Assembly (NCBI GenBank): GCA_964016885.1
Contig: OZ024740.1
Location: 135,222,001 to 135,286,000, forward strand
Reading direction: 5' to 3'
Source: Eledone cirrhosa
Taxonomy: Eukaryota
DNA length: 64,000 nucleotides
Within the stretch, counting starts at the first letter, position 1, and each line of letters starts with the position of its first letter. The position numbers and the translations under genes were made by a program. Shown in pieces: positions 12,866 to 27,054 of the stretch. The notes under the pieces were generated by a model that was not told where the DNA came from, made no database searches, and saw only the letters and a program-made list of their open reading frames with translations.

Positions 12866-13977
12866 CACCTCAGTTTTATAATAAGGATAAGCAGGATGAG
12901 TGATAGCAAACTTTAAGAACGAGAGAACTATTTTAGCAATTACATCATGGAAGAGTTATTTTAGTCATTCAAAAAAGAAAAAAAATAGAAAAATTTACTT
13001 TACATTTATCATTTATTTCATAGTATAAAAATTTTTGTTGCACTCATTGTAACCTAGTCACATACACAATTCCACTGCAGTGAATTTAACAGTTTATGTG
13101 GTTTTAGAATAGCTAAAATGACTCTTCCACAATGGAGTTGCTCAAGTTTGAATGCAGTCTCAAATCGAGTCACCTACCAAACAAGAACAACTAAATGAAA
13201 TTTAGAATTGTACCAATAACTAGAATAAATTTGATCCAACACAGATGTAGATGATTGTCCCACATGCTTTAACAATAAGTTATTTATAATCATTCAGTTA
13301 ACAATTTGAGCAATAATTATAAGAACCGTAAAAAGTATGAGCAAAGATAGGAAAATGATGATAGTAGTACTGACAGTTAATGATGATGGTATTATTTTTT
13401 ATCAGTAGTAGTAGTAGTAGTAGTAGTGATAGTTGATAATGATGGATGAAATTAAACAAGATATTTATGTATATATCTCACAGAATTGTGATATATACAA
13501 GTCAGTTGATTTGTGTTTTGTAATTAGAGAAATCTGTTAATGAATAATGAACCCAGTAGGAAGTTATGGTGTTCATGCCTTTCAGAAAGGCAATGGTGGT
13601 GTATGTGGAATGAAATAGTTACAACCAAGTATTGAAACCAGAACACCAGAATGAGTTGACTGGGTGCATACTTTTGATTTTATAGCACTTGCCAAATGGG
13701 ACTTATGGTGGTTAATTCCCCCTGCCCCCACCCCAACCCACAAATTTATCGATCTTATATGGAAAGGGTTAAAAAAGAGACTTTGATAAATTTTCAAAAT
13801 AGAGTTTTATAATTGAAAAGATGAGAAAAAAATGGATATTTTAGTTATTATTCACAACTTTTTCAAATTTATCAAGAAACTAATATTCTGCAAGAAAATA
13901 AAATAATCAATAATATTGGCATCTTACATTGGCACAAAGCCAGAAGTATTGTGCAAGGAAAGAGTCTTTCTTTTAAT

Positions 13978-14315
13978 CCCATAACTCCTGAGGGAGTTGT
14001 AGGGATGCCATATTGACTTATGGCATTCCTAGGGCAGTTTCAAAACCTGGTGGAGCCTATATCTTCTCCAGGTCTGAATAGAGCAGATTTCTTCCAGAGA
14101 AGGATAGAGAGTGAGAGGATGGAAGTGAGAAAGAGATATAAAGGAAGAATCAACTCCAGTACTAGACTGGTACTTGTTTTATCGACCTCGAATGGATGAA
14201 AGGCAAAGTTGACCTTGGCGGGATTTGAACTCAGAGAGCAGAGAACTGGAACAAATACTGCAAAGCATTCTATCCGATATTCTCATGACTCATTCTCAGG
14301 CCAATTTGTCGCCCA
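13978..14315 (-). mobile_element. SINE family B (family A-type head/core with a different, longer 3' module)
   Basis: Core as in family A but continues into ..ttctctggaagaaatctgct..gacctggagaaga..ctcaggagttat. Other copies at 22965-23232, 47612-47780 and 50698-50938. Confidence 0.75.
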
Positions 14316-14612
14316 AGGAAGGGATATAAGTCGACTGAATTTACTATTATACAGGACTAGTTCTATATTTTATTGACCATGGAGGGATGAAAAGTGAAGT
14401 CAACGCCAGCGAGACTTAAAACTAAAAAATACAGACAGAAATTAATATTTAGACACTTAAGCTCAGTGCTTTACTATTTCTGTCGACTCACTCCCTTCCT
14501 CTGTATGCATTAATATTTTAATTATATTAGAAATACATAAACTTTCATACAGATTAAAACATTTATATACAATATACATGTCAACATAGAAAAGCAGATA
14601 TAAAAATGCTGA

Positions 14613-14644
<32 letters not shown>

Positions 14645-14728
14645 CGCGCTAGGATGCCATGTGCGCTATTATATATAGCACACTATTCAGTTTCTTAATA
14701 TACTTAGAAGTGTCTAGGATACTAATTC

Positions 14729-14872
14729 ATCACCCACTGATGAGCTTGAATTGGTAATTCTATTCAAGCCAGAATCAGTTCCCGTCCCACCCTTGCAAGC
14801 AGGGAAAAGCGGACGTAAAATGAAATGATGATTCACAATTAACATTGCGAAACAACAAGTTGTCTGGGTGAT
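14729..14872 (+). ncRNA. Type I hammerhead ribozyme motif (Penelope/retrozyme-like) with intact core
   Basis: Stem I ATCACCCA/TGGGTGAT; CTGATGA 14737-43; GC..GC closes stem II; GAAA 14849-52; stem III ACAAC-AA-GTTGT; GUC cleavage after 14864. Confidence 0.75.
14781..14831 (+). mobile_element. RTE 3'-terminal fragment inserted within hammerhead stem II
   Basis: Nearly identical to the RTE end at about 7517-7566 (gtcccacccttgcaagcagggaaaagcggac..aaaatga). Confidence 0.85.
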
Positions 14873-14920
14873 TGGTAGTTACCACAATTCCGGTTTGTAT
14901 TTATTTTCTTGCTTTTTTCC

Positions 14921-14975
14921 GTTTTGACGGCTATTTCTGGACTAAAGTCTTTAGTCTAGAAATAGCCGTCAAAAC
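14921..14975. repeat. 27-bp-arm palindrome (1-nt loop)
   Basis: gttttgacggctatttctggactaaag-t-ctttagtctagaaatagccgtcaaaac; one G-T wobble. Confidence 0.9.
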
Positions 14976-15110
14976 AGCTTGAGCTCTGCCGTCGGGGTCA
15001 TACTTTCTCCTATTACCTACTCTACTACCCTAAGTATTGAGTACTCTGGTGCGTTATGGTCCATCTGGTTCCTTACTACAACTCCTCCGTTATATATATA
15101 TATATATGTA

Positions 15111-15153
<43 letters not shown>

Positions 15154-15845
15154 TACACACACACCATATAAAGGTTTTGTATGTCTAATAGATAAAATAT
15201 ATGATGATTTTTCACATCAAATTTTTGTGTATAAAGGTGCGACTTATACACCAGTTATCAACATCATTTATTTAACTTCCATTTTCCCTGCTAGCAAGGA
15301 TTGGACGGGTTGTCACAGACAGAATCAGTATTCAAGCAGAGTTACTGACCTCTCAGATTAGCCAGGGGCCCTCCATCTCACTTAGCACACAGATGCTTGG
15401 GTGGGCTGGTGGCTCGCATCTTGCTTACACAATGTTCTACTGGGTGCATTTTGTTGTGGCACCAGCACAAGACTGTATACATATATATATATATATTTTT
15501 TTTTTAATATATACTTGCACAAGAATGTTGTTTATTTTAGTTGTTACATAGTAACATCCTGATGATAAGCAGGTCCTAGCAATCCAAAGCACTACACGTC
15601 AGTAGTTTATCCCATATATATATATGAAAAGTAAATGGAAAAGCACAACAGACAATGAAGTACAATGAAAATATATATTAGTTTCACGCATAATATAATA
15701 GGGAAAGTCTTAAAGTTTTGGACACTAGTCCTTCATCAGAAAATTGAATGAGAAATTAAAGAAGAAATAAATAGATAAAGGAGAGTGAGCAGGGGTAGAA
15801 ATGAGAAACATTTCTTTGAGAAAAAGCAGGCCTGTTCATTTCACC

Positions 15846-15876
<31 letters not shown>

Positions 15877-16845
15877 TACATAGATATATAGATATAAAAG
15901 TGTGCATTGCTTTATCAGAATTATTGGTTTAATAATTTAACCATTTTTTCTCTTTCACAGTTTCATAGACTACTAATCTCATTATCATAGCACTTGAATA
16001 ATGACATTAACATTTTAGAATATAATAATCAATAATGGCAAAAACATCTTTTAGAATATATATATATAATGTTAGTCAATGAAAGAGTAAGACAAGATGA
16101 AGTAGTAAATTCATTCTTTTACAATTGTTTCAGAGAGCAAAATCAATGGCAGTTATGCAACTCCACATATATGTATGTATACACATGCAGAAACCCATAT
16201 TTGTACCATCCTGTACCCTTTTGATATCTCCCATCATTAACGAACCGAGAATCTAATGAGCTATTGATTTCAGAGTCAGGCCCAATCGATACAGATCGGA
16301 CTTTGAGCTGATCAATTGCGAAACACACTTCACACCTGAATAAAGTTAATGATGAAACTCTGACACCTCGTTCCTACTACCTATTAGTATTACACTCTGC
16401 TTATGAAAGAAACAGACCGTAGTACAACACCACATACTATACAAAAACGGACACACCTATGTATCGAGTGCTCAAGTTGCCGAACCAACAGTAACATATG
16501 GTTACAACACATTGAGCTATATGTATATATATAATATGTGTATGAGAGAGAGAGAGAGATAGTACTTTTTATATATAGATTCATTTCTTACATATGTACA
16601 AGCCTTTAGATTTTAAGTAAAATAAGGAATGGAAATTGTGACATGCTCATAGATGTTCTCAAAACAAGTAGCAACAAGACAAAATGATAAACTCCATTCA
16701 CTGTGAAGTAGATATATGTAATGAGTTATGAATCAGACTATGTGTGTGTGCATGAGTGTGTATGCATGAATGTGTTTGAGCATATGTATGAGCATATTAC
16801 GTGAGTAAATGAAGCTCAAATCAGGATTATAAGGTGAAATGTGTG

Positions 16846-16884
<39 letters not shown>

Positions 16885-18641
16885 TTACACACATTTATAT
16901 GTGTTTGAGCATATGTATGAGTCTGGGCATGTGATTGCATGAGTCAATGAAGCTCGAATCAGAGTTATAAGGTGAAATGTGTGTAAATATATATATATAT
17001 ATATATATTTACACACATTTATATATATATATATATATATAGGAAGGTGAAAACCCAGAGAAATCAATAGTCTTCTTTTGCATCTTGGTGGATAAGCAGT
17101 CATTGGGGAGGTAGATTTTGTGGTCTCCCCAGTCTCAGCACTGCAGACATATATATATATATTATATATATATATATATATTTATGTACACTTACTTGCA
17201 TACACACACAAACATATGATATGCTAACCATGATTGAGATATTTGATCAATGGTTATAAGGAAAGGAAAATACTATGAAGATTTATTTTTCATCCAAGAA
17301 TCAAATTCTTACATATAGCACTTATATAAAATTGAATAGAAGTTTGAAGAAAAAAAATACATTTAAAGAAATTAATTAATAAATTGAGATAAATAAATAA
17401 ATAAGATTAAATACCATTTAGAATACAATCATTTTTTTTTTTTACTATGCAATCAAATAAATGGAAAGAAAATGATGAACCATTTAATCATTTCAAAAAG
17501 TAAAATAAATAAATAGAATCCTCAATTAAATATAAAATTGAGAAGAAAATAAGTTCTTCATTTAATTCAACAGAAAGTTTCCAGTAAAAAAAATAATTGA
17601 AAAAATAAAGATAGTAGTGAAAACAAATAAGTTCTAACAACAATTTTCTGTTATGAAAATATATATTTCTTTGTTTATTTATGGGCAATTTTATAAAGAA
17701 AGATTGATATTGATTGCATCGAACTTAGTGTATTACTGGTATTTTGGTGGCCCTTATGTGAGGGCTAGATGAAAAACAAACTCATCTCTAGTAAGATTTT
17801 AAGCCAGAATAAAGAGAGTAAAAAATATTGATTTCTATTAAATTTTAGGTACAAGGGTAGCAAATTTGGGGTAAGGGCAAAATTGATTAAATCAATTCCA
17901 GTACTTTAGTTTATTGACCCCAGAAGGATAAAAAACAAAGTTGACCTCAGTGGAATTTAAACTCAGAATGTAAACAGCCAGAACATATATTGCAATGCTA
18001 TTTTATCTGATGCTTAACCAGTTTGAGCCAAATATTAAAACTAAATATTTGGACCAGTGTTCTATTGTTTTTGCCATTTTTTTTACTAGATAAAAGACCA
18101 ACTTTTGAATCCCCCAAGTATATATCTGGAGACCAAAACCAGGCTGATCAATTACAATCTACAGTAAACCGATGACAATAATAAATGTGATTAGAAAACA
18201 GAAATCTACCTTTGCTTTCTATAAAGCAACAATTATCATTATCATCAGCAGCAGCAACAGCACCATTATAAAGGAAACAGTGAGGTAAGCAGAGTTATAT
18301 ACTTTTGCACTGAAGGATCCCACCAACATCACTATAGTGAAATTTATACAAATTTCTATGAAGTCAGTAAGTAGAAAATAATAACAACTTTCCACATATC
18401 TCAACTATGTCATTCCCTGTGAGGTTTAGATCATTTTATCATGTCTTCTTTAATATTAGAGAATCCATAATATTTCTAATCCAGTCCATGGATTGCAAAA
18501 CAACTACTGTGATTTCTTACAGCTGGAAAGATGAATGTATAATATTCAATATTCATGTTTTTTTAAGACCTGAAATGCTGTAAGTTTGCTGTAAGTTAAA
18601 GTTTACAAAGATATTTGAAACTAGAACATAAATGTTTTCTA

Positions 18642-19080
18642 TATTGGGTTGAGTCATAAATAATTTTCTATTTTTAAAAGTAAGTTGTAACTATGCATTT
18701 CAAACTTCCAATGTATTAAAAACAACTGGAAATTACCTGATTAGAGACTCTTCATCGGTCATTTTTATTTCATTAGGCTGGTCTGTTCTACCCCATCCAC
18801 CATATTTACCAGACCTTGCAACAAGTGATTTCCATCTTCATTCTCTACAAAATGCTCCAACTAGCAAAAGATGTTCTCAAAAAGATCAGGTGAAAATGTT
18901 TGTGGAAACCTTGAGCTTGAAACCAGCTAAATTTTACTTGAGCAGAATCAACAAGCTACCTGATAAATGGCAAGAGGTGATTCAAAATAATGGTGAATAT
19001 AATATTGATTAAAATTAATTCATTGTTAAATTATTCATGAATAAATTATTTTACTAAAACGGAAATTATTTATGACTCTT
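18642..19080 (+). mobile_element. Internally deleted mariner (DD34D) transposon
   Basis: Inverted repeats gagtcataaataattt (18651-66) and aaattatttatgactc (19063-78). Peptide HPPYLPDLATSDFHL...INKLPDKWQEVIQNNGEY. Confidence 0.8.
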
Positions 19081-19454
19081 ATTTTGAGTTCAAATCCTCA
19101 TAATTTAACTTGGACTTTCATCTCATTAGAGTTAATAAAAAGTAGTTATATCAAGCATTTATAGGAGATAAATTAATCAGTCTGGTGCTGATGTAAGAAA
19201 TTATTGTTGCTGTCTTTGACATGTCAACTAAAAAAATAGAACTCTGAACTATAAACTTTGAATAGTATTTGATTAAAAACTTTACTTTCTAAGTTCAACT
19301 TAGCAAGGTATTAGTTTTGCTTTTTGTCTATCTAAGATGGATTTGAGAAAATCATTTACAACAATTCACCAGAGTAGAATCAACTGTCATATTTCTATAA
19401 AATAAAATTGGCTTTGTGACCTGTTAAAACAAACCAATAATAATAATAAAGTAC

Positions 19455-19625
19455 ATTCATCAAATAGGGATTGCAATACAGATGGAACACTTACAAAAAA
19501 ACAGCATTGCTTGGAATAGCTCTAGAGGGTACTTGAAGGGGTGTTACCTCAGTTCACTAGTAGTGAACAGGTAACACTCTAATACATCTCCAGCATTAGA
19601 AGCTGAGCGAAGAGACAATAATATT
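19455..19625 (+). mobile_element. R4/Dong-like non-LTR 3' fragment
   Basis: IGIAIQMEHLQK..ALLGIA..RVLE followed by an AAT-type tail; sits next to (TAA)n. Confidence 0.5.
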
Positions 19626-19979
19626 AATTATTCTTTCAAACATTAGCACAAGACCAGCAATTTAGGGGATGGTACTTTATTTTATCAATCCAAGGAGGAT
19701 GAAAAGAAAAGCTGACTTCTGTGGGATTTTGATACAGAATGTAAATAATAATAATAGTAATAATAATGGTTTCTGATTTAGGTGCAAGGCCAACAATTTT
19801 TTGGGAAAGGGAAAATTAATTAAATTGACACCAGTGCATTACTGGTATTTATTGTAAGGATGAATGGCTAAGCTAACTTGGGTGGGATTTGAACTCAGAA
19901 TGTAAAGGGCTATAACTCTATGTCACTAAGCATGTTATCCAACGCTCTAATGATTCTGCCAATCATAATAATTGCTATA

Positions 19980-21003
19980 ATAATAATAATAATAACAAAA
20001 TTATTGTGTACAGTGCTCAGGTGCACTACAACTCATCAAAGGTGCATGTATAGTACATAGAATAATGTACAAATGTCAGGAAAATGAACAGTGTATGAGT
20101 CATGAAATACATGTGTGCATGTGTATGGAGGGGGGATATCAGGTATAGTGTTGGCGAATCTCAGGAAGCATGGAGGTTTTAAAGGATGTATCGACATCTA
20201 ACAATTGATGCAGGTAGTTTGTTCCATGCTTCAGCAACTCTGAGCGTGAAAAAATGTTTCAGAAAGTCATGGGAGCTGTCCTGTTTTCTGACTTTGTTGG
20301 CATGCCGACATGTGTTAGACACATGGAAATCGAAAAGGTACTCAGGGTTGTTGTTGGCAAGATGGTTAATAATTTTGTGGGTGTTTACCAAGTCAGTTGC
20401 CAGATGTCGAAGCTTCAATGTATCCATGCCCAGGGAAGCAAGGCGTTCAGAGTATGGTAGATGCCTGATGGAGGGTATTCGCTTGGTTGCACGTCTCTGA
20501 ACAGTTTCCAGGTGGTCAATGTTCTGAGCAAGAAAGGGGTTCCAGACTGGTGATACACATTCTAAGTGTGGCCGCATCATAGCTATATACAGCTTTAAAT
20601 AGATAGCTGGAGAGTGGTTGACAAAGGTCTTGCTGAGTGATGCTAAGATACCCTCGACCTTCTTGACAATTTTAGAGACGTGCTTCATACAACGCAAATC
20701 GCTGCTGACAGTAATGCCCAGGTTACGTTCACAAGAAGACTTCTTGATATTAGTGTTGTGGAGGGAGTATGTGGACACTGGGTTTTTGCTCCCAAAATGC
20801 ATGGTGGTACACTTGTCCATAGCCAACTTGAGTTGCCAGTCTGTGATCCATTGTTGCATTGTGTCCAGGTCAGATTGCAGGAAAGATCTATGGTGTTCGG
20901 GATCTGTCCTTTTTATCTCAAGGTACAGCTTGATGTCATCTGCATATTTCAGTACTGTGGCATTCTTTAAGTTGGCATCTATGTCATTAATATATGCCAC
21001 AAA
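19980..21003 (-). mobile_element. 5'-truncated CR1-clade LINE
   Basis: ORF 20179-21000: YINDI, KYADD, LQSDLD, ERNLGI, RPHLE, LETVQRRATK, FFTLRVAEAWNKLP; (ATT)n-like tail. Confidence 0.9.
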
Positions 21004-24000
21004 CCTCTCATATTTACCACAAAAACAACAAAATTTTCCATTTTAAAAAATCATGTATTAAAAAAAATATACTGCAAGTTCATATTTGAAATGTATTCCA
21101 TTATATAGAAATTATTACTGGTGTTGTAGTTATGTGAGATTTAGAGATTGAAAAACAATACAAACCAATAACAATGAAAAACATGCAAAAAAATTATCAT
21201 AATTTGCAGAATGCTAAAAACATTATCATATATATATAGAAAGCATACCAAAAAAGATCAAGAGCACGCTTCAGTTGTGTCAAAGACATGACAATTTCTC
21301 TAGAGCAATCTATACAATAAACACCTCCAGTACATTGGTTGGTGATAGAAAGGGCATCCAGCTGTAGAAAACCTGCCAAACAAAGAGTCAAGAGGACTCT
21401 GCAGCTGTGGTTGAATTCATGATAACCTCCCTACTTCTGTTGCCATGATAAAATGTACCAGATGTACTCGGTCGAGTGCTGGAACATATGTATGTAAGTG
21501 AGAAGCAAGTCCCCAGGCTCATCTAAGAGTTCAGTGGGTCCAATTAAGTGCTGACTTCATTTATGGTGACCCATCCAACCTTTGCTAGCAAGAAACACGG
21601 ACGTTAAATGATGATGACGATGATGAAAATGATGGTAGTGACGATACGTATATAGGAACCCATATACAGTATGTTTAGGTATAATAAACATACATTGAGT
21701 CTTGTTGGGAATATTTAAGTTGTGACCATGCCATACCTACTCCAGCATAAGCAGAGTAAAAGTGGTAGATGCATTTCATTGTCCTTATAGTTCGTCAGCA
21801 AATGTAAATAAGTGCTCACCATGAATAGTTTGTTTACAAGACACTAAGCAAAGACAAAGTCTTCTTTATCTTAACATTTGGGCATAAATGACAGTGCTGA
21901 TGTACTATAACGACAGTGAAATGCTGCTGCTGCACTTACCCTGATGCTGAGGTAGCTGTGATATGACTACAGCTTAAATACTCTCACAGTAAGATTAAAT
22001 GTATGTTTAATATATATATGTGTGTGTGTGTGAGTTCCGGGTTCAATCGAGGGTAACCACAGTTAGTAAGGTACTTAATACATTAGTAGAGTGTAAACAT
22101 CATGGTTAATATAGAATTGGTTTCTACAGGACTAGAACTGCTTCATTAAAAAAAAAATCAACAGGAAAGGATGATTTCTTTTGAATGAAACAGTTCTCTC
22201 TCTCTCATATATATATATGGAGAGAGAGATGTTCATATCCATGTCTTCTTTTTCTTGCGGTAGCATGAGCATGACATTTTGTTGGGGTGCCTTTCTTACA
22301 ACCACATAGCCATCAAGTACGACTGAATCTTTTCATAAGTCAAGCAAACCATGACAAGAAGAGTTATGCACCTTGCCTAGCAGACTCCATATCACAGCTA
22401 TAGTCAAGTGTGAAAAAATAAATATTGTATAATCAGCAATACACTTGTAGGAATTATGAATTTTCAACTATATTTGTTATACACTTTGAACATTGATTAT
22501 TGAAATCACAGCCACCCCAACCTCCTACCTATATTTTTCCCTTTCTCTTGTAGATTTATTCCTAAGAAATGTAATTTAGATCTAATTGATATATATTAAT
22601 TTCTAACATAGGCACAAGGCCACAAATTTGAGGCAGGGATCAGTCGATTATATCGTTCGAGTATATATTTGGTACCTTTTATATTTTTGATACCTTTAAT
22701 CCTTGCAAAGAAAAAAAAAAATGAAGTTCACTTCAGTGAGGTTCAAACATAGAAGTATAAAGAAATACACCAATTTATTTTCTTTGATGCTAAACTGATT
22801 CTGCAAATAATCCTTATTGAGAACTGCAGCTGATTTAGTTACTGACATTAAAGAGTAAGCAGTTCACATTGCATCACTACTTTTTTACTTTTTAAAACGT
22901 TTTCTCCCCTCATAATGTATGTATGGACCATTATTCCTAATAGAGCTGTGGGAATGTCATCAGGTCATGCAGTGTATTTTCGGCATTTTAAACCTGGCAG
23001 CACCCATCTCCACACCAGGTCTGAATATGACTGATTTCTTTCAGAGAAAGAGTGAGAGAGAGGAAGTGAGAAAGATATATCGAGAAAGAATCGACTGATA
23101 CTTTTTTTTATTGACCTCGAAAGTATGAAAGGCAAAGTTAACTTTGGTGGAATTTGCACTCAGAGGGTGCAGACAGCCAGAACAAATACTGCAAAGTATT
23201 CTATCCATTCTAATGACTGCCAACTCACTGCCTACTCCCTTCATCATATGATGGGATTAATAACTGTTATAATATGTAAAGAAAATCCATAAAAATTGTG
23301 TGTAATACTGCATATATATCCAAGATGAATCATCCGATAGTCTCTAAGAGACAGTTTTACAGGAATTTGAATGATGCAAATAGAATGATTAAAGAAAAGA
23401 TAAACGTTAGTTCCATACTATAATACACACTATTAGATAGATACTAACACAAGATTTTATCTTTTCTTCCTCATTTTATGAACATCTAAGGTTTACAAGA
23501 CTGGTGCTTATCTCCGGTTTATGTGGTGTTAAGTAAAAGAGTTACAAATCTACCTTGGATGGAATGCTAGTCCATTTCAGGTAACGTTTCTCATTAGAAA
23601 GATTGAGCTCAGCCAAGCAAGTCAATAAGTCACTTCTCAAATTTATAATGTTAATTTTTAACATCCTGGAATGATTTAGCAGAAAATATCTGAAAACAGA
23701 TTTGTTAATTCAAATGTTTATAGTATCTTTATTAGTGAACAGATTGTTAGGCAAAGTTTCAGTATTAAAGAAAACACTTTCATTTTATATGTAATATAGT
23801 CAAAGTGATTTTCAAAAGTGTCTTGCTAATGAAGTTCATGCAGTACTGAATGTTTAGAGCTAATTATCTAAGACAAGGAAAACACAATGTGGTTGACAAG
23901 ATGTAGCCCACTAAATATTAAGTTGGTTTTTGTATCCCATCAAATCAGCCATCTGCCCTCTCTGTATGATTTTTATAGTCAAGATTAAAAAGGATACAAA

Positions 24001-24733
24001 AAAGAAAAAAGGAAAAAATATATTTAATATTTTTTCAGCAATGAGTATTAAATACAGGTAGATTTAAAGAATTAAATTCCACATATTTGCTGGCATGCCA
24101 TGTTTGAGGTAAGTTTTGTAAGTTCTCTATATAATTTGAATATTTGAGTTAAAAGATATAAAGAAAATGAAGCCAACAAAGCTTTGGTCACTGATATTGG
24201 AATTGCCTCTGCAGATACAAATTGGTATAAATTTCGGCTGATGAATGTTTGAAGCAACTTTTGGCAAATCAAAATATTAGATTATGCCTTGAGCAACTAA
24301 TTTGAAGTTTATTAAGTCTGCTTCCAAATCAGGATGGAAATATTTGTTATGAATATTAACAAAAATATATTAACAGCATTCAAATTTTAAAAAAAAAACT
24401 TTTTTCAAAATAAAATAAACAATCAGAAACCAACAAAATCCATATTTTTTTATAAAGATACATAACAAAACTGTTGTTATTTTTCGCGAAACAAAATGCA
24501 AAAATATTTTTGTTAGCAAAACTAATTGACTTCTTTAGATAATACACGTTTGAAACATAACATTGCTGAATAGGTTTCAAGATAACTGAACTATTGTATT
24601 AACAATAATTCGAATGAACACAATTGAATTTTGATTTTGAAAAAACAAAAAAAAAATAATGGTTCAAATAAAAAAATTTTTTTCGTTATTTTAAATAAAA
24701 CCCTACATAATTATGACAGTCTACTTGAATATG

Positions 24734-24769
<36 letters not shown>

Positions 24770-24888
24770 TGTGCATTTACTGCATCATAATCATGTAGCT
24801 ATTGTTTCTTCTCAAGAAAAGATCTCAAAATTCCATGCCAATACATTATTGAAGTGAACATAAATTATGGCAAGAAAGACAATGTTTT

Positions 24889-24928
<40 letters not shown>

Positions 24929-24930
24929 AC

Positions 24931-24965
<35 letters not shown>

Positions 24966-25241
24966 GTATACATATATATATATATGTATACATATATAAA
25001 ATACATATATATATATATATGTATACATATATATATATACATATATATACATATATAAAATACATATATATATATGTATACACATATAAAATACATATAT
25101 ATATATATATGTATACATATATACATATATACATATATATAAACATATATATATATATACATATATCATCATCATCATCGTTTAACGTCCATCTTCCACG
25201 CTTGCATGGGTTTGGACGGTGATATATATATACATATATAT

Positions 25242-26625
25242 ATATAGAAAGGATAAAAAGGACGATTGATTATTCCTTCATTGCATTTATTGATAGGTGA
25301 CGCGCGTTTCGCCACTGATCAGCTCAAAGTTCGATCTATATCGATCCTACCCGACTCAATAATCGGCAGCTATAAGAAAATGAAATACATGCTGTGTGGT
25401 AAAGTCAGAGTTTCAAGAGTTTGACGAAATGAGATGTTTTGATTGGTGGGAAGGATCAAGGTGATATACAGGCCTGTAGTGTATATGGGGGTGGGTGTGA
25501 TGGTGAGATGTTGGTGACGGTTGTGGATGAGGTGGGCTGTGGTGTGATAGTGGTGGGTTGGCTTTGGCGTGTAGAGTATGTGGGGGTGAATGTGATGATA
25601 TGGTGGTGGTTATGGTTATTTAGTGGGATGAGCTGTGGTATGAGGTTAGTGGATTGTCAGTAGACGGGTTGGCGTGTGGGTGGTGGTGTGGTAGTGGTGC
25701 CGTTGTCTATGGTAGCGGCGTTTGTGGTGGTGTGGTGGATGTATTGGTGACGTCAGGTCCTTACATAGATACATAGCTAGACGCTCTTCGTCTGACAGAT
25801 ACTTTGTATATACGTATACGCACACACATATATGTATATATGTGCACACATATTGTGGTATAAACACACACAACATAAAACACATACGCACATCCTTGCC
25901 CACACATTTCGACATACGCTCACACACAGCCATATGTATATGTACACACATGTATGTGTATGCGCGCATGCGGACACGAATATGGAGAGTGGGGAAGTAT
26001 CGGTGGGGGTGGCGAACGACAGGGATGGGCGGAAGGTGAGAGGCGATGTAGAAGGTGTTTTACATATATACATACACACACACACACATGGGTATGTGCA
26101 CATGGACTCACACTCATGTATGCAAGATATACACATACACACTCGCACACACGTATACCCACACATATATATATATATACATACATATATATATATACAC
26201 ACACATGTACCGACAACACAGACATACTCGCACATATACACATACATGCACACATATGAGCTCACCTTCACATACAGTCAGATTTACCCATATACATATA
26301 TGTAGACGTACACATACACACACATACACACACATACATACACATACATATATACACACACATACACATATACATACACATCGCCTTGATCCTTCCCACC
26401 AATCAAAACAACTCATTTTGTCAAACTCTTGAAACTCTGACTTTACCACATAGCATGTATTTCATTTTCTTATAGCATTTTAAGAGGGTCCGTCGAGCTG
26501 CCGATTATTGAGTCGGGTAGGATCGATATAGATCGAACCTTGAGCTGATCAATGGCGAAACGCGCGTCACCTATCAATAAATGCAATGAAGGAATAATCA
26601 ATCGTCCTTTTTATCCTTTCTATAT
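25242..26625. mobile_element. Long inverted repeat (arms 25242-25461 and 26384-26625) with a decayed hammerhead; Penelope-like inverted pLTR
   Basis: Arms are highly similar reverse complements. The right arm contains GGGT-CCGTCGA-GC...GC-GAAACGCGCGTC-ACCT followed by AATAAA. A related copy lies at 16230-16480. Confidence 0.65.
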
Positions 26626-26795
26626 TTTACACTCTGTATAGCTCTACACATCATCACAGAAGTGAACATAAACATCGAGTGCTCACCCGGGTGAACCTGC
26701 AGTAACTCCTAGTTACACCCTCTGGAAATATACATATATATATACATATATATACATATATATATATATACATATATATATACATACATATATAT

Positions 26796-26840
<45 letters not shown>

Positions 26841-26887
26841 CATATATATATATACACATATATATATACATACATATATATATATAC

Positions 26888-26934
<47 letters not shown>

Positions 26935-27054
26935 CATATATATATACATACATATTTCGTTTCTGAATTTGTTTAGCAAGATTCTTTATCTGAAATCGTG
27001 TGTTGAAACCGATATTGTTATACTTTGGCAACATGACCCTCCCAAAGTATAACA

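Noticed and set aside
15555-15610. CTGATGA-containing island similar to 37840-37890
   Set aside because: Possibly another decayed ribozyme repeat, but GAAA and the stems are not recoverable.
24030-24330. Splice-like signals (tttttcAG, GAGgtaagt), also near 21820 and 21940
   Set aside because: No convincing reading frame or homology; exons cannot be supported without RNA data.
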